From: an uncultured Lachnospiraceae bacterium
GTDB lineage: Bacteria; Bacillota; Clostridia; Oscillospirales; CAG-272
Reading direction: 5' to 3'
Length of the DNA stretch: 64,000 bases
NCBI GenBank assembly: GCA_964638675.1
Contig: CAZXAU010000005.1
Span: 69,313-133,312 of the forward strand
The notes under the pieces are model-generated. The model worked only from the letters and a program-made list of their open reading frames with translations, had not been told where the DNA came from and did not search any database. How positions within the stretch are numbered: position 1 is the first letter of the stretch; each line of letters starts with the position of its first letter. Both the position numbers and the translations under genes were made by a program. Of this stretch, positions 45,661-54,558 are shown in pieces.

Positions 45661-46830
45661 TTAAATTTCGCCTGCAACCTCGGTTATTACCGATATTGCT
45701 TTTTTCAGCACTTCAAAATCTATCGTGAGTGCCGGAAGCAGTCTCACTTTATCTTTTGCACTCAGGCAGAGGACGCCCTTTTCCATGCATTTTTTTATAA
45801 CTTCGCCAACCGGCTTTTCGGTTTTGATTCCGATCATCAGACCCATTCCGCTTACGCCGAGAATGCCTTTTTTATCTTTCAAAGTCTCGAAAACATATTT
45901 TTCTTTTTCTTTGACTTCTTCAAAAAGTTTTTCGTCCATTCTCTTCAGGATACTGAGTGCGGCGGCACAGCAGACCGGATTTCCGCCGAAGGTTGAGCCG
46001 TGGTCGCCGAACGACAATACATTTTCGGCTTTTTCTCCGACAAGTGTAGCACCGAGCGGAAGTCCGCCTGCAAGTCCTTTTGCCGTTGACACGACATCGG
46101 GGGAAAGGTCGTAATTCATATATGCATACAGCTTTCCCGTTCTTCCGTTTCCTGTCTGGACTTCGTCTATCATGAACAGTGCATCATTATCTTTGCACCA
46201 TTTTTCAATCTCTTTTGCGAACTCACATGAGGTCGGAATAACTCCGCCTTCTCCCTGAATCATCTCTATCAGTACTCCGGCCACCGGGGTTTTCGAGTGT
46301 ATCTCGTCGAGCGCTTTTATATCTCCCTGCGCTATGCTTTCAAATCCGGGAGTCAGCGGATTGAACAGCTCATGATAGTGATCCTGTCCTGTTGCCGCAA
46401 GAGTTGTCAGCGTTCTTCCGTGAAAGCTGTTTTTCAGTGTGACTACCGTATATCTGTCTTTTCCGTATTTATCGTATGCGTACTTTCTCGCAAGCTTGAT
46501 CGCACACTCATTGGCCTCCGCACCCGAATTTGAGAAAAACACCTTCCTGAGTCCTGTTTTCTCGCAAAGAAGCTCTGCCAGCTCGGCACACGGGTTGGTA
46601 TAATAGAGGTTCGACATATGCTGTACTTTCGATATCTGCTCAATTATCGCTTCCTGCCATACCTTATCCGAGATCCCGAAGCTTGTGACTCCGATTCCCG
46701 AGCCCATATCGATATATTCTTTTCCGTTTTCATCATAAACAAGCGAACCTTTTCCGCTCACAATATTTATCGGAAAACGGTTGTATGTCCCTAATATATA
46801 CTTTTTATCCTTTTCAAATGTATTACTCAT
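45661..46830 (-). CDS. argD: acetylornithine aminotransferase
   Basis: Class-III aminotransferase with FNSGAEANE, DEVQTGNGRTG and STAKGLAGG (PLP-binding Lys). Confidence 0.9.
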   Translation of the reverse strand: MSNTFEKDKKYILGTYNRFPINIVSGKGSLVYDENGKEYIDMGSGIGVTSFGISDKVWQEAIIEQISKVQHMSNLYYTNPCAELAELLCEKTGLRKVFFSNSGAEANECAIKLARKYAYDKYGKDRYTVVTLKNSFHGRTLTTLAATGQDHYHELFNPLTPGFESIAQGDIKALDEIHSKTPVAGVLIEMIQGEGGVIPTSCEFAKEIEKWCKDNDALFMIDEVQTGNGRTGKLYAYMNYDLSPDVVSTAKGLAGGLPLGATLVGEKAENVLSFGDHGSTFGGNPVCCAAALSILKRMDEKLFEEVKEKEKYVFETLKDKKGILGVSGMGLMIGIKTEKPVGEVIKKCMEKGVLCLSAKDKVRLLPALTIDFEVLKKAISVITEVAGEI

Positions 46831-46865
46831 TTTTGCTCCTTTGGTTAGTTTGCGTTATATATCGT

Positions 46866-47085
46866 GGGAACTTTCTGTAGAAAGTTCCCGGTGTAATTTT
46901 CTACAGAAAATTACACCTTCCCCCTTCAAAGACTTTAATAAAATGGGGAGAATATGGGTGCTTCACAGTAATAGTGCTGAAACTGTAGTTGTTTGATTGG
47001 TAGCCGTCATGTGGGGCCCCTGCCCCACACGGCTGAATTGAGAAATTGAGAAAATGAGAAATTGATAGTGATTATTAACTCTTCA
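46866..47085 (-). repeat. R2 modular repeat, copy 2
   Basis: Same modules as R2-1 in opposite orientation. Hairpin a lies 35 nt upstream of the argD ATG. Confidence 0.85.
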
Positions 47086-47955
47086 CTATTCTCTTTCTCC
47101 TGTGAACATTGTTCCTATGCCTTCGTTTGTGAACAGCTCGAGTAGAATTGAGTGCTGAACTCTTCCGTCGATTATGACGACATTTCTCACGCCCTCTTTG
47201 ATCGCTTCGATACAGCAATCTATCTTCGGGATCATGCCGCCTACGATAATTCCGTCAGCCTTGAGCTTTTCGGCTTCGCTTACGCTCAGCATCGGGATGA
47301 GTGTGGACGGATCGTTCTTATCTTTGAGTACGCCCGCTATATCGGTCATCATTATAAGGCGTTCTGCGCCCAATGCTCCCGCAATAAATGCGGCGGCAGT
47401 ATCGCCGTTGATATTGTATGTGTTGCCTTCGCTGTCACAGCCTATAGTTGAAATTACGGGTATATATCCCATTTCAAGCAGATCTGTCACGAGTGATATA
47501 TTGATCTTGGTGATCTGTCCGACATATCCGAGCCGTGGATCTTTCACTTTGGCTTCAATCAGCATTCCGTCAATGCCCGATATTCCTATCGCTTTACCGC
47601 CATTCTGTGAAAGGAGATTCACGAGTGCCTTATTGACCTTTCCTGCCAGAACCATTTGCACTATATCGACAGTTTCTTTGTCTGTGACACGCAGTCCGTC
47701 GATGAATTCGGGCTTTTTGTTAAGCTTGGACATCATTTCATTGATTTCGGGACCGCCGCCGTGAACAAGCACGACTTTTACACCGAGCGCCGAAAGCAAT
47801 GCGATATCCTGCATGACCTGATTCTTGAGTGATTCGTTTATCATTGCGTTTCCGCCGTACTTAATAACTACTGTCTTTCCTCTGTAGTTATTGATATATG
47901 GAAGTGCCCCTGTAAGGATCTCGGCACGCATATTGTTTGAACACTGATTTTCCAT
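47086..47955 (-). CDS. argB: acetylglutamate kinase
   Basis: VVIKYGGNAM and VLVHGGGP. Confidence 0.9.
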   Translation of the reverse strand: MENQCSNNMRAEILTGALPYINNYRGKTVVIKYGGNAMINESLKNQVMQDIALLSALGVKVVLVHGGGPEINEMMSKLNKKPEFIDGLRVTDKETVDIVQMVLAGKVNKALVNLLSQNGGKAIGISGIDGMLIEAKVKDPRLGYVGQITKINISLVTDLLEMGYIPVISTIGCDSEGNTYNINGDTAAAFIAGALGAERLIMMTDIAGVLKDKNDPSTLIPMLSVSEAEKLKADGIIVGGMIPKIDCCIEAIKEGVRNVVIIDGRVQHSILLELFTNEGIGTMFTGERE

Positions 47956-47988
47956 TTCTTTTTTAGTATCCTTTTCAGTCAGACCTGA

Positions 47989-49203
47989 TTATGTGCGGTA
48001 GTCGCCGTTGATCTTGACATAGTCATATGTCAGATCGCAACCCCATGCCATTGCATTTGCTTTTCCGTCTCCGAGTGTGATGATTATTTCGATCTCTTTT
48101 TCAAGGAGGATCTCTTTGGCTTTCTCTTCCGAAAAATCAACTCCTGCACCGTTTTGACATACGGTTATTTCGCCCTTGGGGCTTTTGAATGTCACGCCTA
48201 TTTTGCTGACATCGACATCCGCTCCGCTGTATCCTATGGCACAGAGGACTCGTCCCCAGTTGGCGTCCGCACCGAACATTGCCGCTTTGAATAGCGAAGA
48301 GCAGATCACGCTCTTGGCAACGATCTTCGCATTTTTATCGTCCTTAGCTCCGTATACCGAGCATTCGAGAGTTTTTGTTGCACCCTCTCCGTCGCCTGCA
48401 ATCATTTTGCAGAGTGCTACTGTAACGGTATTGAGAGCTTTCATAAATTCTGCAAAGCTTTCGCCTTCGCATGTGATCTCATTATTTCCTGCCATTCCGT
48501 TTGCAAGCACCGTTACCATATCATTTGTTGATGTATCGCCGTCTACGCTTACCATATTGAATGTATTTGCAATATCGCTTGACAGTGCTTTCTGAAGCAT
48601 CTGAGATGAGATTGCAGCATCTGTTGTGATGAAAACGAGCATTGTTGCCATGTTGGGGTGGATCATTCCGCTTCCTTTGGCGATTCCTCCGATATGGCAG
48701 GTCTTTCCGTCAAGCGTGAATTCGACTGCTACCGATTTTTTTATTGTATCGGTCGTCATGATTCCCTCGTTTGCATCCTCGCTTCCGCTTTCCGAAAGTG
48801 ATGAGACAAGCCCGTCAAGCCCGTTCTTTATTGGTGTAATATCAAACACCTGACCGATAACGCCTGTGGATGCTACAACGATATCATCCTGTGCTATTCC
48901 GAGCTTTTCACTGACAAGACTGCACATCTCCTCGGCTACTTCTATTCCGTTTGCGTTGCATGTATTGGCGTTTCCGCTGTTGCAGATAACAGCCTGTGCC
49001 TTTCCGTTTGCTAAATGTTTCTTTGTAACTGTCAGCGGTGCTCCTTTTACAAGGTTTGTGGTATACACTGCCGCAGCATTTGTGACGCAGTCGCTCACTA
49101 TAAGGGCGAGATCTTTTTTTGTCTTGTTTTTGCGGATTCCGCAGTGTATTCCGCTCGCTTTAAAGCCTTTTGCGGCTGTAACGCCGCCCGATATTATTTT
49201 CAT
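47989..49203 (-). CDS. argJ: bifunctional ornithine acetyltransferase / N-acetylglutamate synthase
   Basis: GVTAAKGFKASG.., self-cleavage region ATMLVFITTDA. Start trimmed to ATG 49203 because the upstream codons lie in R1-C. Confidence 0.9.
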   Translation of the reverse strand: MKIISGGVTAAKGFKASGIHCGIRKNKTKKDLALIVSDCVTNAAAVYTTNLVKGAPLTVTKKHLANGKAQAVICNSGNANTCNANGIEVAEEMCSLVSEKLGIAQDDIVVASTGVIGQVFDITPIKNGLDGLVSSLSESGSEDANEGIMTTDTIKKSVAVEFTLDGKTCHIGGIAKGSGMIHPNMATMLVFITTDAAISSQMLQKALSSDIANTFNMVSVDGDTSTNDMVTVLANGMAGNNEITCEGESFAEFMKALNTVTVALCKMIAGDGEGATKTLECSVYGAKDDKNAKIVAKSVICSSLFKAAMFGADANWGRVLCAIGYSGADVDVSKIGVTFKSPKGEITVCQNGAGVDFSEEKAKEILLEKEIEIIITLGDGKANAMAWGCDLTYDYVKINGDYRT

Positions 49204-49214
49204 TTTATATATTC

Positions 49215-49338
49215 CATGGCTTTCGCATTGCGAAAGCTTCCTTTCTATGTGGAATTGGGGCTGGTTTTGCAGTGCAAAATCGCCGCCGCATCGGTGGCGA
49301 AAGCCACAAAACACTGTCTGAAAATGTATTTTTCAGAC
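49215..49338 (-). repeat. R1 structured repeat, copy C
   Basis: See R1-A. It ends in ATG 49217, which opens the uORF MEYIK* overlapping the argJ ATG. Confidence 0.85.
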
Positions 49339-49356
49339 ATTTTGCCTTTCTTATTT

Positions 49357-50283
49357 TCATTCGGGGATATTCAGCCCCTCGCCCTCATTGCTGCCCATTA
49401 TGATATTCATATTCTGTATTGCAGCTCCCGAAGCCCCTTTGCCGAGGTTATCGAATCTTGATACCAATGTAATTCTGTCATCGTTGCCGAAAACCGAGAT
49501 CTCCATATCGTCTCTTCCGCTCATTTTTGAGCCCGAAAGGAATCCGCTTTCATCACTGTCCTCGACGAATCTGACTATTTTGGATGTATAATAGCTTTTG
49601 TAAATATCTTTTATGTTTTTAATACTGCAGCATATCTCTTCTTTTGCAAGCTGAACGACTACCTCCATACCTGAGTAGTATGAAGATACAACAGGTGAGA
49701 AAAGCGGCAAATATTCGAGCGAGCATATCTTTGCCATTTCGGGAAGGTGCTTATGTGCCTGTGTCAGTCCGTATGTTCTCGGTGCGATCAGCTCGTTTTT
49801 GCCCTCGCCCTCATATTCTGCGATCATCTTTTTTCCACCGCCTGAATATCCTGTGAGCGAAAAGCAATGCAATACTGACTTTTTATCTAAGATCTTATTC
49901 TCCACAAGCGGAGCGACAAGTGATACAAATCCGCTTGCATGACATCCCGGATTGGCAATTCGTTTGCTTTTCTCAATTTTCTCACGGTATCCCGACAGCT
50001 CCGGAAATCCGTATGCCCACGCATCATTTGTTCTGTGTGCCGTCGATGTATCGATAACCGCCGTATTGCTGTTTTCTATCATCCCGACCGCTTCGATTGC
50101 CGCCGCATCAGGCAGGCAGAGAAATGCGATATCGGCACTGTTCAGTGCATCTTTTCGTGCAGCCGGGTCTTTTCTCACGCTCTCTTCAAGCCTGATAAAT
50201 TCGATGTCTTTGCGGCTTGAAAGCCGTTCGTATATCCGAAGCCCGGTCGTTCCGGCGCTTCCGTCAACAAAAACCTTTGTCAT
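49357..50283 (-). CDS. argC: N-acetyl-gamma-glutamyl-phosphate reductase (short type)
   Basis: FVDGSAGTTG and NPGCHASG. The start ATG overlaps the argH stop (ATGA). Confidence 0.9.
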   Translation of the reverse strand: MTKVFVDGSAGTTGLRIYERLSSRKDIEFIRLEESVRKDPAARKDALNSADIAFLCLPDAAAIEAVGMIENSNTAVIDTSTAHRTNDAWAYGFPELSGYREKIEKSKRIANPGCHASGFVSLVAPLVENKILDKKSVLHCFSLTGYSGGGKKMIAEYEGEGKNELIAPRTYGLTQAHKHLPEMAKICSLEYLPLFSPVVSSYYSGMEVVVQLAKEEICCSIKNIKDIYKSYYTSKIVRFVEDSDESGFLSGSKMSGRDDMEISVFGNDDRITLVSRFDNLGKGASGAAIQNMNIIMGSNEGEGLNIPE

Positions 50284-51656
50284 TGTCCGAGTATCTCCCT
50301 GACAGCCTTGATCTGATTTTCGACAGATGTAACGCTCGTTCCGCCCTCGCTGATACGTTTTTTTACGCACTGTGCAAGGTCTACCGCTTCATATACATCT
50401 TCATCTATCAGTTCGCTGTATGTTTTATATTTTTCTATACCGAGAGTTTCGAGAACCTCTCCGCTCTTTATACAATCTGCGACCACTCTGCCCGATATTT
50501 TATATGCACTGCGGAAAGGCATTCCTTTTTTGACGAGATAATCTGCGAGGTCTGTAGCATTTATAAAGCCTTTTTGTGCCGCTTTTTTCATATTTTCTGT
50601 AAGAACGCTCATTGTGGAGATCATTCCTTCAAAAACATCGAGGCAAATCTTGACGGTATCTACAGCATCGAATACGCACTCTTTATCTTCCTGCATATCC
50701 TTATTGTAGGCGAGCGGAAGTCCTTTGAGCGTTGTCAGGAGCGACATGAGATCACCGTACACTCTGCCTGTTTTTCCTCTTACAAGCTCTGCCATATCGG
50801 GGTTTTTCTTCTGCGGCATTATCGACGAGCCTGTTGTATATGCGTCCGAAAGCTCGATGAATTTGAACTCCCAGCTCGACCAGAGTATGATCTCCTCCGA
50901 AAATCTCGACAGGTGCATCATGAGTATTGAAATATCGCTCATCAGCTCGAGTGAAAAATCACGGTCTGACACTCCGTCTATCGAATTCAGGCAGACCGAG
51001 TCGAATCCGAGTGCCTTTGCTTCATATTTTCTGTCTGTTGCATATGTAGTTCCTGCAAGTGCGCATGAGCCGATCGGTGAGACATTCATTCTGTTTTTGC
51101 AATCTTCCAGTCTGTCTATGTCACGCAGAAGCATCATTGCATATGCCATCATATGGTGACCGAAGGTTATCGGTTGCGCTCTTTGCAGGTGTGTATATCC
51201 CGGCATTATCGCCGATTTATATTCATCTGCTTTATCTGTTACGGCTTTTATCAGCTTTACCGTCTTTTCTCTGATCTCCGATATTTCATTTCGCAGATAA
51301 AGCCTTATATCGAGTGCGACCTGGTCGTTTCTGCTTCTTGCTGTATGCAGTTTTTTTCCGACATCGCCTATGCGTTCGGTCAGTACCTGCTCGACAAACA
51401 TATGTATATCTTCGCTTGTATAATCTATGGGAAGCTTTCCGCTTTCGATATCATTAAGTATTCCTTCAAGTCCTTCAATCAGTATGTCCGATTCTTCGCT
51501 TGTTATAATTCCGGTGCTTGCAAGCATTGAGGCGTGCGCCATACTTCCTTTGATATCCTCTGCGAACATACGGCTGTCAAACCTTATTGATGAATTGAAA
51601 TCATCTGCTATGCTTGCCGTATCGCCGCTCGTTCTTCCTGCCCACATTTTTGCCAT
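50280..51656 (-). CDS. argH: argininosuccinate lyase
   Basis: MWAGR.., TGSSIMPQKKNPD signature. Confidence 0.95.
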   Translation of the reverse strand: MAKMWAGRTSGDTASIADDFNSSIRFDSRMFAEDIKGSMAHASMLASTGIITSEESDILIEGLEGILNDIESGKLPIDYTSEDIHMFVEQVLTERIGDVGKKLHTARSRNDQVALDIRLYLRNEISEIREKTVKLIKAVTDKADEYKSAIMPGYTHLQRAQPITFGHHMMAYAMMLLRDIDRLEDCKNRMNVSPIGSCALAGTTYATDRKYEAKALGFDSVCLNSIDGVSDRDFSLELMSDISILMMHLSRFSEEIILWSSWEFKFIELSDAYTTGSSIMPQKKNPDMAELVRGKTGRVYGDLMSLLTTLKGLPLAYNKDMQEDKECVFDAVDTVKICLDVFEGMISTMSVLTENMKKAAQKGFINATDLADYLVKKGMPFRSAYKISGRVVADCIKSGEVLETLGIEKYKTYSELIDEDVYEAVDLAQCVKKRISEGGTSVTSVENQIKAVREILGQ

Positions 51657-51696
51657 TTTATTTTACCTCTGTTTAGTTAGTTTGTGTTTTGTACGT

Positions 51697-51866
51697 GGGG
51701 AAACTTTCTGTAGAAAGTTTCCGGTGTAATTTTCTGCAGAAAATTACACCCACCCCTTCAAAGACTTTATAAAAAGGGGGAATTATATAGTGCTTCGCTG
51801 AAATGGTGCTGAAACTGTAATCACTTGCACTATAGCCGTCATGTGGGGCCTCTGCCCCACACGCAT
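51697..51866 (-). repeat. R2 modular repeat, copy 3
   Basis: Same module order as copy 2. Hairpin a lies 40 nt upstream of the argH ATG, followed by the palindrome TTGAATGAT-N8-ATCATTCAA (51880-51905). Confidence 0.85.
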
Positions 51867-52080
51867 AATTTGGGAAATGTTGAATGATAAATTGGCATCA
51901 TTCAATCATTAATCATTCGCTTAATATTTCCGGTTGATGTATACTTTTACATTGTTTCGATTATTTTAAACCCATTTAAATTATTATACACTTATAAGTC
52001 CGTTTTGTCAAGCTATTTTCAGAAAAAAATGAAAAATATTCGCATATTTTTCATTTTATTCATTTAAATAATGAATATAT

Positions 52081-53064
52081 TCATATCAATCCGAATTCGG
52101 ACATAACATATTCGGAAAGCATATCGCCTTCGGTACAATTTAACGCTTTCAGCCTGCCTGAAATGCTTTTTTTATCGAATGGGCAGAGGATGAGTGAGTT
52201 GTCTATTTTTTCGGCAAGACTTTCGTCATTTGCATCTGTAAATGTTTTGGAGGAAATAATTTTCCACTCTTTGACGCACAGCAGGATCTGCACGCATCCG
52301 AAGGGCAGACGGCAATCTATCTGTTCATTGAATTCGGGTGTTTCTCCGAATATCCACTCATCCGAGTGCTGTTTTTCTTTATATTTTGCGATTTTTGCAA
52401 TATCGCTTTCGCCGAAAGAAATTCTTTCAAAATCGCCGTATATTCTTTTGTAATTATCGGGGATCACTTCAAGCAGTGAACAGACCGATACATCCGGGTT
52501 TATATCGCTGAGGTTACACACTCTCGATCTCACCGATTCAACCCCTTTTGCCTTCATTTTGCGTGGGTCGACCGTCAGATATTTCTGAAGCTTTGACAGA
52601 TCAGATGACACGAGCAGTGTTCCGTGATGGAGCTTTCCGTTTTCTCTTGAGCAATAGGCATTTCCCGAAAATTTTCTTCCGTTAGAGCTAGACAGCAGAT
52701 CGTTTCTGCCTGAGAATTCGCAGGGAATTCCGAGTGATGAAACTGTTTCGAGAATAAAAGAATGAAATTTTTCTTTATCAAATCTGTTTTTTCCTGCAAT
52801 AAATGAAAAATTCAGATTCCCGCTGTCGTGATAGACCGCACCGCCTCCGCTGAAACGGCGTACAAGTTCGACATCGTCACGCTTCATGGCTTCAAGATCG
52901 CATTCTTTTCTCGGGTTCTGATTCTTTCCGATAATTACTGCGTTTTTATTGATATAGAAATAAAGTATAAGCTCGTCCTGCTTTACGCTGTCAAGAAAAA
53001 AATCGTCAAGAGCGAGGTTGTCATATCCGCTCTTCGAGTCCGAAATATACAGATAATTTTTCAT
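52081..53064 (-). CDS. lplA: lipoate-protein ligase A
   Basis: RRFSGGGAVYHDSGNLNFSF motif. Start trimmed to ATG 53064. Confidence 0.85.
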   Translation of the reverse strand: MKNYLYISDSKSGYDNLALDDFFLDSVKQDELILYFYINKNAVIIGKNQNPRKECDLEAMKRDDVELVRRFSGGGAVYHDSGNLNFSFIAGKNRFDKEKFHSFILETVSSLGIPCEFSGRNDLLSSSNGRKFSGNAYCSRENGKLHHGTLLVSSDLSKLQKYLTVDPRKMKAKGVESVRSRVCNLSDINPDVSVCSLLEVIPDNYKRIYGDFERISFGESDIAKIAKYKEKQHSDEWIFGETPEFNEQIDCRLPFGCVQILLCVKEWKIISSKTFTDANDESLAEKIDNSLILCPFDKKSISGRLKALNCTEGDMLSEYVMSEFGLI

Positions 53065-53273
53065 TTTTATGCCGATCCTTTCAACCTTTTTACAGTCCGA
53101 ATCATTATACAGCAAAGAAATGTAAAAATCAATAGCCGAAGAATAAAAAAAGCTTGACTTATTTATTTTTAGTGGTATAATATTATCATATAATTTATGG
53201 CAGAGTTTATCGACTTTTCCGAAAACGATCAGTCGATAGCCGGCACAGTTTTTTCAGCGAAAGGATAACAACA

Positions 53274-54362
53274 ATGAGCAACGAAAACAAAAAAAGACAT
53301 ATGGCACACAATATCTATTCCAATCCGCAGCTCGGCGGAACAAGTGGAAAATTTGAAGGCTTTTCAATAGATTTCAGAGGTGTGCAAACTCCTATATCGA
53401 CATATTGGGCTTTGTGCAACTGGGGAATGGATATTTCGGATTTCAAGCAGACACATTCGGATGCAAAGGGCGGCGGTGCATATTCGGGAATCCAGAATAC
53501 AATAAACGGAAAGACCGCCATACTCTCCTTCTGGGAGATCCTTTATGAGAATGAGACAAAGTGCCACAGGGCGAAGAGAGTTTATCCGCTCGGAAGCGAA
53601 AGCTCATTCGGCGGTGAAGGAGAGGGAACTAACTATATCACGCCTTTTTCATGGGATGACATGACATGGTACAGAATGGTGCTTCGCTCATGGACAGACT
53701 CGGAGTGCGGCACTACATTTGTCGGTCAGTGGCTTCAGAACCGCGAGAGCGGTGAGTGGTCGCTTGTCAGCTATTTCAATACAGGACTCAAAGATTCATT
53801 CATGAAAGGCGGAATGAGCCAGTTCCAGGAAAATTTCTGGGATGAGCATTCCGAATTCATAAGAGAATTCAATATAAAGAATATCCATATCAAGGATCTC
53901 AGTGACGGAAAGTGGAAATATATCGAAAGAACATCGCTTTCATATGACGATCCGAAGTGGGGATTCAATACGGCGGGAACACATGATTTCGGCGCAACAA
54001 GCGAATATTTCTATGCAAGTGCAGGAAGCGATGTTGACGATCAGAAGCTGTACGACACGCAAAGACCGCTTTCATCAATTTACGGAATTGAAAAATCTGA
54101 AGAATTGATCTGTGAAGAATCGTGTGACATTATCGCCGCACTTGAGGACGGAAAGAATGTCCTGAAGGTTGCCGAACAAGCACACCGCACACCGATCCTT
54201 TCGGTATCTATCGAAGCCTTTGACGAGAGCGGAAAGAAGATATATGAGAGCACAACCACACGTCCGCATGTGACAAGTTTCACGCTCCCCGAGTGCGCAA
54301 GCGTCAATGTCACAAGCTGTGATATTTACGGAGTGGAGAATTGTAAAGAATTCAGATTCTGA
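53274..54362 (+). CDS. hypothetical protein (DUF3472-like)
   Basis: YWALCNWG..GGAYSGIQ..FSFWE pattern recalled from DUF3472. Function unknown. Confidence 0.5.
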   Translation: MSNENKKRHMAHNIYSNPQLGGTSGKFEGFSIDFRGVQTPISTYWALCNWGMDISDFKQTHSDAKGGGAYSGIQNTINGKTAILSFWEILYENETKCHRAKRVYPLGSESSFGGEGEGTNYITPFSWDDMTWYRMVLRSWTDSECGTTFVGQWLQNRESGEWSLVSYFNTGLKDSFMKGGMSQFQENFWDEHSEFIREFNIKNIHIKDLSDGKWKYIERTSLSYDDPKWGFNTAGTHDFGATSEYFYASAGSDVDDQKLYDTQRPLSSIYGIEKSEELICEESCDIIAALEDGKNVLKVAEQAHRTPILSVSIEAFDESGKKIYESTTTRPHVTSFTLPECASVNVTSCDIYGVENCKEFRF

Positions 54363-54373
54363 TAGATTTTTTT

Positions 54374-54545
54374 AGTGAAGAGTGAAGAGTGAATAAGTTT
54401 TGCGTGTGGGGGAGGGGCCCCACATGACGGCTGCAATTCAAGCATTTACAGATTCAGCACTGTTTTCACGAAGCATCATATGATCCCCCCATTTAATAAA
54501 GTCTTTGAAAGGGTTCGGGGAAACTTTCTACAGAAAGTTTCCCCG
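54374..54545 (+). repeat. R2 modular repeat, copy 4 (lacks module b)
   Basis: AGTGAAGAGTGAAGAGTGAA tail, GTGTGGGGGAGGGGCCCCACATGACGGC, AATAAAGTCTTTGAAAGG and GGGGAAACTTTCTACAGAAAGTTTCCCC. It ends 13 nt before ATG 54559. Confidence 0.85.
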
Positions 54546-54558
54546 AGAAAAAAACAAA

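Noticed and set aside
46889-46916. R2 hairpin b (GTAATTTTCTACAGAAAATTAC) as a CodY box, or R2 tails as ARG boxes regulating the arg cluster.
   Set aside because: The CodY consensus AATTTTCWGAAAATT has the half-sites 1 nt apart, whereas here they are 4 nt apart. The TGAAT..ATTCA palindrome near 51880 has 14-nt rather than 4-nt spacing and occurs in only one copy. There is no support without binding data.
49215-49338. R1 as a metabolite riboswitch or a self-cleaving ribozyme.
   Set aside because: The downstream genes are functionally unrelated, which argues against a single ligand. I found no hammerhead (CUGAUGA..GAAA) or twister-like core. It is kept as an unclassified structured repeat.
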